Shown one piece after another: positions 45,454-56,851 of a stretch of 64,000 nt of DNA. Source of the DNA: Rhodospirillaceae bacterium (GTDB taxonomy: Bacteria; Pseudomonadota; Alphaproteobacteria; Rhodospirillales; UBA2165); the NCBI GenBank assembly GCA_002723345.1, contig PBNV01000004.1, positions 1,543 through 65,542 of the forward strand, in the 5' to 3' direction. A model generated the notes under the pieces. That model did no database searches. It saw only the letters and a program-made list of their open reading frames with translations, and was not told the origin of the DNA. Positions within the stretch are counted from its first letter, which is position 1. Each line of letters starts with the position of its first letter. The translations under genes and the position numbers were made by a program.

Positions 45454-46749
45454 ATGAGCGCCAAATTTGCCATCGTCGGCTCTGGGCCCGCCGGCATGTA
45501 CGCCGCGGACGCCTTGCTTAAAAGTTTACCTGACTGCCACGTTGATGTGTTTGAAAAATATCCCGCGCCATACGGCCTCATTCGTTATGGCGTGGCGCCG
45601 GATCACTATAAAACCCGCAACACCTCGCGCCAATTCGCGCGCACATTCAACGAAGACGCCGTTGGATATTATGGTAATGTGGAAATTGGCAAAGACATTT
45701 CGCTGGATGAGTTGAAAGAACATTATGACGCTGTCGTCCTCGCTATGGGCGCTTACAACGACCGCAAACTTGGTATAGAGGGGGAAGACTTAGACGGTGT
45801 CTACGGCGCCTGCGCGTTTGTGGGCTGGTACAACGGACATCCGGACTACCGTGATCTTAATCCTCGGCTGGACCAAGATGGTGTGGCTGTTATCGGAATC
45901 GGTAACGTTGCGCTTGATGTATGCCGCGTCCTTGCCAAGACACGTGTTGAACACGAGGCTTCCGATATTTGTGCTCACGCCCTCGATGCCATTGAAGCGT
46001 CCCCGCTGACTAACCTACACATGTTTGGTCGGCGAGGCGCCGTCGAGGCAGGCTTTACACCGAAAGAACTGGGCGAGATCAAGGATCTCGAACGCTGTGC
46101 TGCTATCGTAGATGCGGCTCAGCTTCCAGATGACGTCACAGGTGATTTCGAGGGCCGGGAGAGAGGCATTAAGGAAAAAAATCTTAACCTTCTTAAGGAT
46201 TTGGCCGCCCAAGACAAACCGGAAAAACCTGTCAAAATGAACCTCAGTTTTTACGCCTCACCAAAGAAAATTCTGGGCACCGATCGGGTCGAGGGAATCA
46301 GGCTTGAGAAAACACAAGTGGTCGATGGCCGGGCTTTAGCAACCGGTGAAACCTTCGACATACCTTGCGGCGCAGTGGTGACAGCCATTGGGTATCAGAC
46401 ATCACCGCCTGAGGGCGTTCCTCTGGATGGCGGCACTGTAGCCAATGAAAACGGCCGGGTTGAACCGGGTGTTTACGTCGTAGGCTGGGCCAAAAGAGGC
46501 CCCTCTGGAACCATTCCCACAAATGGCCCGGATTCGCGCGATGTTGTTGAATTAATAATCCAAGACGTGGCTGCATCTGGAATGGCGGGGGGCGCTGCAA
46601 TTGACGCATTGCTTGCAGAACGAAGTGTCCGGCGCGTCACCTTTCCGGAATGGGAAAAAATCTCAGAACAGGAATTTGCCCGGGCGAAGGCGCCTCAACC
46701 CCGCGAACGCTTTACCCGCGTGGATGAGATGCTTGCCGTTCTCAGTTAG
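45454..46749 (+). CDS. ferredoxin/adrenodoxin-NADP+ reductase (FprA-like)
   Basis: AIVGSGPAG, PYGLIRYGVAPDH, FVGWYNGHP, IGIGNVALDVCR, GWAKRGPSGTI. Confidence 0.92.
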   Translation: MSAKFAIVGSGPAGMYAADALLKSLPDCHVDVFEKYPAPYGLIRYGVAPDHYKTRNTSRQFARTFNEDAVGYYGNVEIGKDISLDELKEHYDAVVLAMGAYNDRKLGIEGEDLDGVYGACAFVGWYNGHPDYRDLNPRLDQDGVAVIGIGNVALDVCRVLAKTRVEHEASDICAHALDAIEASPLTNLHMFGRRGAVEAGFTPKELGEIKDLERCAAIVDAAQLPDDVTGDFEGRERGIKEKNLNLLKDLAAQDKPEKPVKMNLSFYASPKKILGTDRVEGIRLEKTQVVDGRALATGETFDIPCGAVVTAIGYQTSPPEGVPLDGGTVANENGRVEPGVYVVGWAKRGPSGTIPTNGPDSRDVVELIIQDVAASGMAGGAAIDALLAERSVRRVTFPEWEKISEQEFARAKAPQPRERFTRVDEMLAVLS

Positions 46750-46810
46750 ATAGATGCTCCAAATAAGCCATCGGACAAGCATAATTTAATCCCACCACGT
46801 GGCGACGGGG

Positions 46811-47704
46811 TCAGCATCTGCGCTGAAGCACCAATGTGGACCACCCCTCAATTCTGATCCTGCGGGACAGATTGAGACCGTGTTGCCGATGTGCGGCAAT
46901 GACCTGTGCCTCCTGGGCAACCAAAAGCCCAGCCAAAATGACTGTCCCGCCGGGGCGTACCCGCAAGGACAAGGCCCTGGATAAACGCGCTAGCGGGCGT
47001 GCCAGAATATTACTCACGATCAAGTCATAGGATTGGTTTTTTAGGGGACGATTGCTGTACCCTGGTCCAACATAGATATCGAGATACCGGCGAAGACCAT
47101 TCACCAAAGCATTTGTCTGTGTCGTCTGCTTGGCGACGACGTCGATATCTGAGGCCGAGACACCGCATTTCCAGCGTTTTGCGATGGCGAGCGCTAGGAT
47201 GCCGGAACCACAACCCATATCGAGAGCGTTCCGAACCCGTTTTCCTTGCAACTGATCAAGAGCAAGCAAACAACCTTTTGTTGATCCATGATCCCCGGTC
47301 CCAAATGCAGCACCTGCAGGCACACATAGCGAGATTTGTGCGGGAGGTACTGGTTCCTGATATTCACTTCCATGAACAAAAAACCGGCCAGCGATGATCG
47401 GCGGAAATTGCTGGATATTCTCCGCCACCCAATTTTGCACGGGGATGCGGCTGAACTCGATATCGGGCGCTGAAGTATTTATACCGTCTGCTGTGGCAGC
47501 AATCGCATCAGAGATTGCTCTTTTATCGACGATATCCTCTGCAAATCCCGTGATTTGAGCTGTTGTTTCTCCTTCCCCCGCGGTCCAAGCCACAGAGTCC
47601 ATATGGGTCTCCAGCGCCGTTGCGAACGGATCCGCATATTCTGGGGAGACCCGAACAATCACACGATGTAAATGACTTGCGGGCATCACAAGTATACCAA
47701 ACAA
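46811..47704 (-). CDS. prmA: ribosomal protein L11 methyltransferase
   Basis: AGRFFVHG, AFGTGDH, LDMGCGSGILA, NILARPL; follows uvrD. Confidence 0.9.
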   Translation of the reverse strand: MFGILVMPASHLHRVIVRVSPEYADPFATALETHMDSVAWTAGEGETTAQITGFAEDIVDKRAISDAIAATADGINTSAPDIEFSRIPVQNWVAENIQQFPPIIAGRFFVHGSEYQEPVPPAQISLCVPAGAAFGTGDHGSTKGCLLALDQLQGKRVRNALDMGCGSGILALAIAKRWKCGVSASDIDVVAKQTTQTNALVNGLRRYLDIYVGPGYSNRPLKNQSYDLIVSNILARPLARLSRALSLRVRPGGTVILAGLLVAQEAQVIAAHRQHGLNLSRRIRIEGWSTLVLQRRC

Positions 47705-50041
47705 TCATGCTGGTTGCAGGAAACTGTCGATAACTTTCTTTGTGCCCGATTTTTCAAAATCTACCTCTAGCTTGTTACCGTCCGCCGAAACAACCTGGCC
47801 ATACCCGAATTTTTGGTGAAACACACGAACGCCTGTTTTAAAGGAGCTCTCAGCGGACGTTGCGGCGATGCTCCAAGCATCGGCGTCAATCACCATACCG
47901 TCACGTGTGTGACCCGACCGGCGGGGCGCATGAGATGTGCCAGCCACCTGGGAGGTATCTGGAAAAGCCCTGGCAGAACGGAGCCCCGCTTGGGCGCCAG
48001 TGCCAGAGTTCAACCCCCGATACAAACCGCCATGGGGACCGATATCACTGCCATGATTAATGTGCTCATCTGGTAATTCATCGATAATCCTCGAGGGTAA
48101 AGCATTTTGCCATTGGTTATAAATGCGCCGGTTTGCAGCGTAACTGATCCGGGCCTCTTTTTTGGCCCGGGTGATCCCAACATAAGCGAGCCGCCGTTCT
48201 TCCTCGAGCCCTTTGAGACCCTCTTCGTCCAAGCTCCGCTGATGAGGGAACAGACCTTCTTCCCATCCGGGCAGAAACACCGTATCAAACTCTAGCCCCT
48301 TCGCAGCATGGAGCGTCATAAGCGTTATCTTTTCGTCGAATCCGTTTTCATCGTTCTCCATAACCAAACTGATATGCTCGAGAAAACCTTGAACGTTTTC
48401 GAATTCCCCGAGGCCCGAAATTAGCTCTTTCAAGTTATCCAGTCGCCCTGGCGCCTCCGGCGTTTTATCCTGTTGCCACATTTCCGTATAGCCAGACTCG
48501 TCTAGGATAATGGAGGCTAATTCGCCCGGGGGCAGAACGGACAGATTGGACCTCCACCGGTCAAAATTCTGTACCAGGTTACGGAGCGAATTCCGCGCCT
48601 TTGGCTTCAGTTCATCCGTCTCGGCGATCTGCCGCGCGGCCTCGAAGAGCGGAATAGACAGTCCTCGCGCCAAGTGATGCACCGCCAGCACACTGGCCTG
48701 ACCGAGGCCACGTTTGGGTACATTAATAATTCGCTCGAACGCCAGGTCATCATCCGCAGATACCACTACCCGGAGATAAGCAATGGCGTCCCGTGTTTCC
48801 TGGCGTTCATAAAACCGAGGACCGCCGATTACCCGATAGGGGACGCCCAGTGTAATTAGGCGTTCCTCAAACTCCCGGGTCTGAAATCCGGCCCGGACGA
48901 GCACGGCCATCTCTTCCAGATTTTGTCCCTTTGACTGCCGACTCTCGATCTCATCTCCAATTGCACGGGCCTCTTCCTCGCCATCCCAAACACCCTGAAC
49001 GGCGACCTTTTCGCCGGCCTCTAAACCGGTCCACAGAGTTTTACCCAGGCGGCCCTCATTATTTGCTATCAGCCCCGACGCCGCGCCAAGGATATGCGGC
49101 GTGGATCGGTAATTCTGTTCAAGCCGGATTACCTGGGCACCTCCAAAATCCCTCTCGAATTTCAATATATTGCCGACCTCAGCCCCCCGCCAGGAATAGA
49201 TTGACTGATCATCATCTCCGACACAGCAGATATTCCGGTGTTCATTGGCAAGCAAACGCAACCACAAATACTGAGCTACATTAGTGTCCTGATATTCATC
49301 CACCAATAGATATCTAAATTTTCGCTGGTAAGTCGCTAGAACATCGGGATTGCCCGTAAACAATGTAATGCAATGCAGTAAAAGATCCCCAAAGTCAGCG
49401 GCATTCAAGGTAATCAAACGGGCCTGATAATCGGTATAGAGTTTGGTGAGCGTTCCCTCTGCAAAATCAGCACCCTCCTCTGCCGTCACTTTTTCCGGTG
49501 TCAGCCCCCTATCTTTCCACCGCTGTATTACGCCCATAAGCACGCGCGCCGGCCATTTTTTATCGTCAATCTGGTAGCTCTCCATCACCTGCTTCAAAAG
49601 CCGGATCTGATCATCCGTGTCCAGTATGGTGAAGTTAGGTTTCAGGCCAACGAGCTCAGCGTGGGACCGGAGAATACGGGCGCCCAGCGCATGAAAAGTT
49701 CCTAGCCACCATCCTTCAACGGGAGCGCCAATGAGAGAAGACACGCGATCCCGCATTTCTCGAGCAGCTTTATTGGTGAACGTGACGGCAACAATTTCCC
49801 ATGGCCGAGCCATCTGGTTCATCAGGATATGGGCCAGCCGGGTAGTTAAAACCCGGGTTTTACCGGTGCCAGCACCGGCCAGGACGAGAACGGGCCCGTC
49901 GATTGCCTGAACAGCTTCAACTTGCGGTTCATTCAGTCCCTGCAGGTAAGACACGGGCGCCACTGGAGCGTCTGCGCGAGGATTTGCCGTTTCTGGTGGC
50001 GCGATTTCAGGCTCATCGGTCAGTTCAAAGGGATCAGACAT
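47705..50041 (-). CDS. uvrD: ATP-dependent DNA helicase UvrD/PcrA
   Basis: LAGAGTGKT, TFTNKAA, VDEYQD, VGDDDQSIY, LEQNYRS, TLHAAKGLEF, EEERRLAYVGITRA, C-terminal Tudor-like RVFHQKFG. Confidence 0.96.
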   Translation of the reverse strand: MSDPFELTDEPEIAPPETANPRADAPVAPVSYLQGLNEPQVEAVQAIDGPVLVLAGAGTGKTRVLTTRLAHILMNQMARPWEIVAVTFTNKAAREMRDRVSSLIGAPVEGWWLGTFHALGARILRSHAELVGLKPNFTILDTDDQIRLLKQVMESYQIDDKKWPARVLMGVIQRWKDRGLTPEKVTAEEGADFAEGTLTKLYTDYQARLITLNAADFGDLLLHCITLFTGNPDVLATYQRKFRYLLVDEYQDTNVAQYLWLRLLANEHRNICCVGDDDQSIYSWRGAEVGNILKFERDFGGAQVIRLEQNYRSTPHILGAASGLIANNEGRLGKTLWTGLEAGEKVAVQGVWDGEEEARAIGDEIESRQSKGQNLEEMAVLVRAGFQTREFEERLITLGVPYRVIGGPRFYERQETRDAIAYLRVVVSADDDLAFERIINVPKRGLGQASVLAVHHLARGLSIPLFEAARQIAETDELKPKARNSLRNLVQNFDRWRSNLSVLPPGELASIILDESGYTEMWQQDKTPEAPGRLDNLKELISGLGEFENVQGFLEHISLVMENDENGFDEKITLMTLHAAKGLEFDTVFLPGWEEGLFPHQRSLDEEGLKGLEEERRLAYVGITRAKKEARISYAANRRIYNQWQNALPSRIIDELPDEHINHGSDIGPHGGLYRGLNSGTGAQAGLRSARAFPDTSQVAGTSHAPRRSGHTRDGMVIDADAWSIAATSAESSFKTGVRVFHQKFGYGQVVSADGNKLEVDFEKSGTKKVIDSFLQPA

Positions 50042-50215
50042 AATATCTATATATCATGCAAACCGTCGGCGCCTAAAGGTGTCTCGAGTGAAATCTTTTA
50101 CTTTCCTGGTTAATTTTCCGATTGTTATGGATGCGGGAATGAAAGCGTTAAAATTTGACACGCGTTCAGGGAATTAGCACCATTCCTCGGAAGCATTAGG
50201 TAAAGGCTCGGGCAT

Positions 50216-51232
50216 ATGATCAGCCGTACTCGGTCAATTAAACGTGCAATGTCAGCAGCGGCAGGCTTGGCCGCAACCCTTTTTATGCTAATAACAGGCG
50301 CCGCCGCATCCGACAAAAACCTCCTCCGCGCTGTGGTCGGAATTGAAACCACCATTTCCCCAGACGCCCGAACGGCCGGCATCCTGGGAACACAACGGCA
50401 GGGAAGCGGGGTTGTCATTGATGACGAAGGCCTCGTGCTGACCATAGGCTACCTTATGTTAGAAGCCGATGGCGCCGTGATCACGGGGCCGAGCGGCAAG
50501 GCGGTTCCCGCCACCGTGGTTGCTTATGATTTCGAAACGGGCCTAGGGCTGCTTCGCCTAATGCAAAAGCTCAATGTAGTCCCCCTCCGATTAGGCGACT
50601 CCTCTCAATTGAAAAAGCGAGACCAAGTCATCATCGCGTCAAGGGGCGGCCCTCAGCCTCTCAGCGCAGCGCAAGTCGTTTCCCGGCGGATTTTTTCCGG
50701 CTATTGGGAATATTTGCTCGAGCGCGCCATCTTCACCTCACCTCCCCATGGATTTCATAGCGGAGCCGCCCTTATTGGTCGGGACGGGCGCCTATTGGGT
50801 ATTGGATCGCTCCTGGTAAATAATGCTGTTGCGCCCAATGTTCCGTCACCAAGAAATATGTTTGTGCCCGTTAATGGCCTGAAACCAGTGCTCGCAGATC
50901 TCTTACAAAGCGGCCGCCGATCTGGCCGCAAACGACCCTGGATTGGCGCCAATACAGTTGAGGCCAATGGCAGGCTGTTTGTCACCCGAGTGACACCAAA
51001 CGGCCCGGCTGACGCGGCCGGGATTAAAACTGGTGATTTGATTTTGGGTCTGGGCGGATACCCCATAGAAAGCCAGCCGGACTTTTATCGGCGTCTCTGG
51101 CGCTCGGGCGAACCCGGCTCAGAGATTGACGTGAATATTCTCTCAAAATGGGCAAACGACTTAAAGATTAGGAAAGTGACGATCAAATCGGAGGATAGAT
51201 ATAAATGGTTGAAAATTAAACGGTCCTATTAG
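50216..51232 (+). CDS. secreted trypsin-like S1C family protein with PDZ domain (catalytic His replaced)
   Basis: Signal peptide; GSGVVID, LTIGYL, FHSGAALI, GPADAAGIKTGDLI. Confidence 0.82.
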   Translation: MISRTRSIKRAMSAAAGLAATLFMLITGAAASDKNLLRAVVGIETTISPDARTAGILGTQRQGSGVVIDDEGLVLTIGYLMLEADGAVITGPSGKAVPATVVAYDFETGLGLLRLMQKLNVVPLRLGDSSQLKKRDQVIIASRGGPQPLSAAQVVSRRIFSGYWEYLLERAIFTSPPHGFHSGAALIGRDGRLLGIGSLLVNNAVAPNVPSPRNMFVPVNGLKPVLADLLQSGRRSGRKRPWIGANTVEANGRLFVTRVTPNGPADAAGIKTGDLILGLGGYPIESQPDFYRRLWRSGEPGSEIDVNILSKWANDLKIRKVTIKSEDRYKWLKIKRSY

Positions 51233-51235
51233 GCG

Positions 51236-53017
51236 TCATAAATGGCCGTCATGCTCTTCCCGCCGGGCATCAACCAAAGCCCGGTTATAGGCAGACATGA
51301 CTTCAGTCTCATGAAGAGTACCAACAAATCGCATGTTGTCGTGATTTTCGACCACGGCAATATAATGTTCCCCCGAATCTCGGATCACCTTATTGGCTGT
51401 CTCGAGATTGTCGTCCGCATCAAGAAGCGGTGGATGAACACGTGCGATATCTCCAGCATTGATTAAGTTATCCACGTCATGGTCAAATGCGATTTCACTC
51501 AAATCTGCCAGAGTGATGGTGCCGAAAAGCTCTTTTCCGTCCTTTAAAACGAAAAGTTCTCCTATATCAGACTTTTGGAGCTTTAACCGAATATCCTGAA
51601 GCGAGGCCCCAACATCAACAGTTTCGCTCTCCATTGCCATTACCTTTCGAACCGTAATGCTACGGAGAAGCGCGGTTTCAAAACCACCTTTAAGATCATA
51701 ACCAGCTCTCTCCAGTTGCCAGTTAAAGTACGAACCATTGATTAATTGATTGGTAAAAAGGGACGACAAAACCACAGCGACCATGACCGCGATCGTCAGT
51801 GGATAGTCGTCAGTCAGCTCAAAGATAATAAGCGTAGTGGAAATCGGTGCGCCCATAACCGCAGCTGCGACTCCTCCCATGCCCACGATAGTGTATGCCG
51901 CCGGCCCCGAGGAGAGGTCGGGAAACACGCTGGTAGCCACAATACCGTAAGCCCCGCCGAGCATAGCGCCCAGCATAATTGCCGGCGTGAATACGCCGCC
52001 ACCAAAACCGCCGCCGACGCTCAGGGACGTTGCAACAATCTTCGCAACAATTAGAAGCACGAGCAAATAGAGCGGAAATTGTGATTGTAGGGCCAAGTCC
52101 GTAGCATAATAGCCGACACCCAGTACCTGGGGGAAAACGAGTGCGATCAATCCGACAAGAAACCCTGCAATTCCAGGTCGGATCCACTCGGGGCCCGGCA
52201 GCTTATTGAATTGATCCTGAGTGACCATAATGGATTTCATGAAAATTACCGCGGTCACGCCGCAGAGGAGGCCCAAACCTGCGATAGCCGGAAACTCTAG
52301 AAATGAGGCCAGTTCATGCTCATATACAGTGAAAGCCGGAAAATCGCCGAAAAATATTCTTGAAATCACCGTGCCAACAACACTCGCAATAACGATGGGT
52401 GCAAACGCACTTAGAGCGAAGTGACCAACCACCACCTCGTGGGCGAATAGGGCGCCCGCGATGGGGGCATTAAAAGAAGCGGCCACGGCCGCGGCCGCGC
52501 CGCATCCCAGAAGCGCGCGGGAGAGAGACCTGGTTAAATGGAGTTTCTCTGCAATCCAGGCACCGAAGGTCGCGCCCAAATGGACAGCCGGTCCCTCCCG
52601 ACCAACAGAGGCGCCGGCACCAATGGAGGCGGAACTAGCGATCGCTGCACCAATACCCGTCCGCAGGGACATGCGGCCGCCGCGCAAGGCACTCGCCTCA
52701 ATAACATTGGCAATGCCTTGGGGACGGCGGCTCGGAATGAAATAAAAAATAAACAAACCAACGATTAGCCCCCCCAACGTCGGGACCATTATGATTTGCC
52801 ACCAGGGCAAATCCGCTGCCCTTTCGACAATACTACCACCACCGGTATCCATAAACATGGTTTCGATATACGTTATACTGAGGCGAATGAGGATAGTGCC
52901 AAATGCGGCCGCCGCTCCGACCACAACGGCCAAAACAGAGAGGATCAGTTGGTCATTTCTGATCAATTTCCTTAGACGGCGCAGCCAGAGCCTATAAAGT
53001 ATTCGACGCTGAATCAT
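51236..53017 (-). CDS. ClC family chloride channel/antiporter with CBS domains
   Basis: SVGREGP, FNAPIAGALFAHE, GGVFTP, APISTTLIIFELT; C-terminal CBS pair. Confidence 0.92.
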   Translation of the reverse strand: MIQRRILYRLWLRRLRKLIRNDQLILSVLAVVVGAAAAFGTILIRLSITYIETMFMDTGGGSIVERAADLPWWQIIMVPTLGGLIVGLFIFYFIPSRRPQGIANVIEASALRGGRMSLRTGIGAAIASSASIGAGASVGREGPAVHLGATFGAWIAEKLHLTRSLSRALLGCGAAAAVAASFNAPIAGALFAHEVVVGHFALSAFAPIVIASVVGTVISRIFFGDFPAFTVYEHELASFLEFPAIAGLGLLCGVTAVIFMKSIMVTQDQFNKLPGPEWIRPGIAGFLVGLIALVFPQVLGVGYYATDLALQSQFPLYLLVLLIVAKIVATSLSVGGGFGGGVFTPAIMLGAMLGGAYGIVATSVFPDLSSGPAAYTIVGMGGVAAAVMGAPISTTLIIFELTDDYPLTIAVMVAVVLSSLFTNQLINGSYFNWQLERAGYDLKGGFETALLRSITVRKVMAMESETVDVGASLQDIRLKLQKSDIGELFVLKDGKELFGTITLADLSEIAFDHDVDNLINAGDIARVHPPLLDADDNLETANKVIRDSGEHYIAVVENHDNMRFVGTLHETEVMSAYNRALVDARREEHDGHL

Positions 53018-53120
53018 TAATAATTTTATGACGACTAGTCGTTTAGGGATAGGGGTGTTTAGTTCCCAATCGACCGAAAATCAAACAGCGTAAAGGCAAC
53101 TGACTGAGGGTCATAGATCT

Positions 53121-56100
53121 TTAAGAACGGTCATAGGCTAGGTTTGGTGCCAGCCAACGCTCCGCCGTTTGCACCTGCTCTCCGCGACGCCGGGCATAAT
53201 CTTCCACCTGATCTCGGCCGACACGGCCGATCCCAAAATAACGGGCTTCCGGATGGCTAAAATAATAGCCGGACACGGATGCGGTCGGCATCATTGCGAA
53301 ACTCTCTGTCAGATCAATGCCCGTTTCATTTGGCACATCTAGTAAGTCGAAAAGCTGACGTTTGGGACTATGATCGGGACAGGCGGGATAACCGGGCGCC
53401 GGGCGAATACCAACATAAGCTTCCTTAATGAGTTCTTCGTTGGTGAAGCATTCCGCCGAAGCGTATCCCCAATAATCGGTGCGCACCCGCTCGTGCAGCC
53501 GTTCTGCAAAAGCTTCTGCCAAACGGTCCGCCAGGGATTTCAGAAGGATGCTGTTATAGTCATCGTTGGCTCCCTCGAATTCCGAGAGTTTTTCATCGAT
53601 GCCTACACCAGCGGTCACGGCAAAAAGACCGATGTAGTCTGCCAAGCCTGATGACTTCGGGGCAATAAAATCAGCGAGACACAAATTTGCACGGGTTTGA
53701 TCTCGAACCATCTGCTGGCGAAGGAAGGGAAGCCTTGCAACGACAGTATCCCTGCTCTCGTCGGAATAAATCTCAATATCGTCTCCGAGGGAATAGGCCG
53801 GGAAAAATTTTAAAACGCCGTTCGCGATCAGCCACTTTTCGTCGATGAGCCTTTGGAGCATGATTTTGGCATCATTGAACAAGGGTCGTGCAGACCCCCC
53901 AACGATATCATCCTCCAAAATTTGGGGATAAATTCCAGCCAATTCCCAGGTTCGAAAGAAAGGCGTCCAATCGATCCGCGCTACGAGTTCCGCCACGTCA
54001 TACTGCGGCAACGCGATTGTCTCTAAACTACTGGGGCGAGGCGGGGTATAGCCCGTCCAGTCCAATTTGACGGCGTTTTTCCGCGCCTGGTCCAGCGTCG
54101 CCAGTGATTTCGCATGGCGCGCACTGTGTGCCTCCCGCAGCGCTCTATACTCGTGAGCAACTTTTTCAACAAAGTCATCTTTTTGTGATTCACTTAACAA
54201 TTGGCTGGCAACGCCGACGGCCCGCGAGGCGTCGACTACGTGCAGGGTCGGCCCCTGGTACGCCGGAGCAATTTTTACCGCCGTGTGCATCTTGGATGTG
54301 GTCGCACCGCCAACAAGTAAGGGGACTTGAAATCCGCTACGGGTCATTTCCGATGCCACCGTAATCATTTCCTCCAAAGAGGGCGTAATCAATCCGGAGA
54401 GCCCAATGATATCGACATTTTTTTCCTTGGCCTCTTTGAGTATTTTCTCGTAAGGCACCATAACCCCTAAGTCGATGACGTCGTAATTATTGCATTGCAG
54501 AACGACCCCAACGATATTTTTACCAATGTCATGAACATCACCTTTGACGGTCGCCATCAGGACCTTGCCCTTGCTTGAACTTCGTTTGGTCTCATTTCTC
54601 TCAGCTTCGATGAACGGAATTAAATGAGCAACAGCCTGTTTCATCACCCGAGCGCTTTTGACCACCTGGGGCAAGAACATCTGACCAGACCCAAAGAGAT
54701 CCCCAACAACGTTCATGCCATCCATCAGCGGGCCCTCGATGACGTCAATCGGCCGTTCAGCGTTCTGTCGGGCTTCCTCCGTATCGGCCACGATATAATC
54801 GGTAATTCCACGCACCAGGGCGTGGGTCAGACGCTCTGTGACAGATCTCTCGCGCCAAGTGAGATCCTCCGCATTATTTTTACTGACACCGCTGGCGTCG
54901 TCTGCAACGGCGAGCAAGCGCTCTGTCCCATCCGGACGCCTGTTCAAGACAACGTCCTCAACTCGTTCCCTCAAGTCAGGTGGGATGTCCGCATAAACCG
55001 CAAGCTGCCCGGCGTTTACAATACCCATGTCCATGCCGGCTTGGACCGCATGATATAAGAAAACGGCGTGCATGGTCTCCCGGACTGCAGTGTTTCCTCG
55101 GAACGAAAATGACATGTTGCTGACACCGCCACTGATCAAGGCATGGGGGAGCGTTTCTTTAATGTGCCGCGTGGCGTTGATGTAATCAGCAGAGAAATTA
55201 GCATGCTCGGCGATACCAGTGGCGATGGGGAAAATGTTGGGATCAAAAATAATGTCCTGCGGCGAAAACCCGATCTCCCCCGTTAGAATTTTATAGCTGC
55301 GCTCACAGATCTCGATCATCCTGTCGAAACTATCTGCCTGACCTTCTTCGTCGAACGCCATAACGACAACGGCGGCCCCATATTTCATAATTTCACGGGC
55401 CTGTGCGGCAAAAATCTCTTCGCCTTCCTTGAGGCTGATGGAGTTAACGACAGATTTGCCCTGCACACATTTCAAACCCGCTTCGATAACCGACCAACGC
55501 GAGGAGTCGATCATGATCGGAACGCGGCAAATGTCCGGCTCCGCCGCAATCAGTTTCAAAAAACGGTCCATTGCTGCGACGGAATCAAGCATGGCTTCGT
55601 CCATGTTCACATCAATAATCTGGGCACCGTTAAATACTTGCTGGCGAGCGACATCCAAGGCAGTTTCGTAATCGCCCTCAACGATCAGCCGATTAAATCG
55701 GGCGGAGCCCGCGACATTCGTGCGTTCTCCGATATTGATAAATCCCGTCACAGCATCAGCACATAGTGGCTCCAAACCGCTTAAACGGCATTGAATGGGC
55801 AGGACCGGCAACGGCCTTGGCGCGGCATCCGATACAAGATCAGAGAGCGCTTGCACATGTGCCGGTGTGGTTCCACAGCACCCACCGACAACATTTACAA
55901 ATCCACTATCCACAAATTCACCGATGGTCTCCACCATATCGGCCGGCGTCTCGTCATACTCCCCGAATTCATTGGGCAGGCCGGCATTTGGATGTAGGCT
56001 AACAAAGGTGTCTGCCACGCGCGAAAGCGCCTGGATGTGTGGACGCAGGTCGGCCGCCCCAAGCGCACAATTCAACCCGACAATTAGAGGTTTCGCATGC

Positions 56101-56840
56101 GCTATTGAATTCCAGAAAGCCTCTGGTGTTTGACCAGATAATGTTCGTCCTGATGCATCGGTAATGGTGCCGGAGAGCATCAGTGGAATGTCTTGACCCC
56201 GGTCTTCTTGTATAGTTAGAACGGCGTAAATAGCCGCTTTAGCGTTCAACGTGTCAAAAATGGTTTCGATTAAAATGAAATCAGCGCCGCCGTCCAAAAG
56301 TCCCTCTGCCGCCTCGCGGTAGGAAGCTGATAATTCATCAAAACCTGTATTCCTATGTCCGGGATCATTTACATCTGGGGAGATAGAAGCCGTGCGGTTG
56401 GTTGGACCAAGTACACCCGCGACGAACCTTGCTTTGCCCGGGTTCTCGGCGTCGGCCTCCTGGACCGCCTGGCGCGCGAGTTTGCTCCCAGCAACGTTCA
56501 GCTCCCTAACCAAATGCGCGGTTCCGTAATCAGATTGTGAGATCGAAGTTGCGTTAAATGTATTCGTTTCGATGATGTCGGCGCCGGCCGCCAGATAGGC
56601 GCGGTGGATATCCAGGATGGCCTCAGGCTTAGTCAGGGTAAGGATATCATTATTTCCCTTTATATCTTGAGTATGATCCTTGAGAATATCTCCACGATAG
56701 TCTTCTTCGCCGAGCCGCAATGACTGAATCATGGTGCCCGTTGCGCCGTCGAGCACAGCAATGTGCGAGGATAATAATGTCTTCAAGGCTGCCCTACAGG
56801 AGGCGCGCGGAATGCCGGAAAGTGACGTGACATAATTCAT
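53121..56840 (-). CDS. metH: B12-dependent methionine synthase
   Basis: [66 protein letters not shown]. Confidence 0.98.
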   Translation of the reverse strand: MNYVTSLSGIPRASCRAALKTLLSSHIAVLDGATGTMIQSLRLGEEDYRGDILKDHTQDIKGNNDILTLTKPEAILDIHRAYLAAGADIIETNTFNATSISQSDYGTAHLVRELNVAGSKLARQAVQEADAENPGKARFVAGVLGPTNRTASISPDVNDPGHRNTGFDELSASYREAAEGLLDGGADFILIETIFDTLNAKAAIYAVLTIQEDRGQDIPLMLSGTITDASGRTLSGQTPEAFWNSIAHAKPLIVGLNCALGAADLRPHIQALSRVADTFVSLHPNAGLPNEFGEYDETPADMVETIGEFVDSGFVNVVGGCCGTTPAHVQALSDLVSDAAPRPLPVLPIQCRLSGLEPLCADAVTGFINIGERTNVAGSARFNRLIVEGDYETALDVARQQVFNGAQIIDVNMDEAMLDSVAAMDRFLKLIAAEPDICRVPIMIDSSRWSVIEAGLKCVQGKSVVNSISLKEGEEIFAAQAREIMKYGAAVVVMAFDEEGQADSFDRMIEICERSYKILTGEIGFSPQDIIFDPNIFPIATGIAEHANFSADYINATRHIKETLPHALISGGVSNMSFSFRGNTAVRETMHAVFLYHAVQAGMDMGIVNAGQLAVYADIPPDLRERVEDVVLNRRPDGTERLLAVADDASGVSKNNAEDLTWRERSVTERLTHALVRGITDYIVADTEEARQNAERPIDVIEGPLMDGMNVVGDLFGSGQMFLPQVVKSARVMKQAVAHLIPFIEAERNETKRSSSKGKVLMATVKGDVHDIGKNIVGVVLQCNNYDVIDLGVMVPYEKILKEAKEKNVDIIGLSGLITPSLEEMITVASEMTRSGFQVPLLVGGATTSKMHTAVKIAPAYQGPTLHVVDASRAVGVASQLLSESQKDDFVEKVAHEYRALREAHSARHAKSLATLDQARKNAVKLDWTGYTPPRPSSLETIALPQYDVAELVARIDWTPFFRTWELAGIYPQILEDDIVGGSARPLFNDAKIMLQRLIDEKWLIANGVLKFFPAYSLGDDIEIYSDESRDTVVARLPFLRQQMVRDQTRANLCLADFIAPKSSGLADYIGLFAVTAGVGIDEKLSEFEGANDDYNSILLKSLADRLAEAFAERLHERVRTDYWGYASAECFTNEELIKEAYVGIRPAPGYPACPDHSPKRQLFDLLDVPNETGIDLTESFAMMPTASVSGYYFSHPEARYFGIGRVGRDQVEDYARRRGEQVQTAERWLAPNLAYDRS

Positions 56841-56851
56841 TTATCTGTTCT

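Noticed and set aside
51236-53017. Fluoride-specific CLC
   Set aside because: Has GREGP, not the GREGT and GNNLI/GMGLI signatures; no fluoride riboswitch seen
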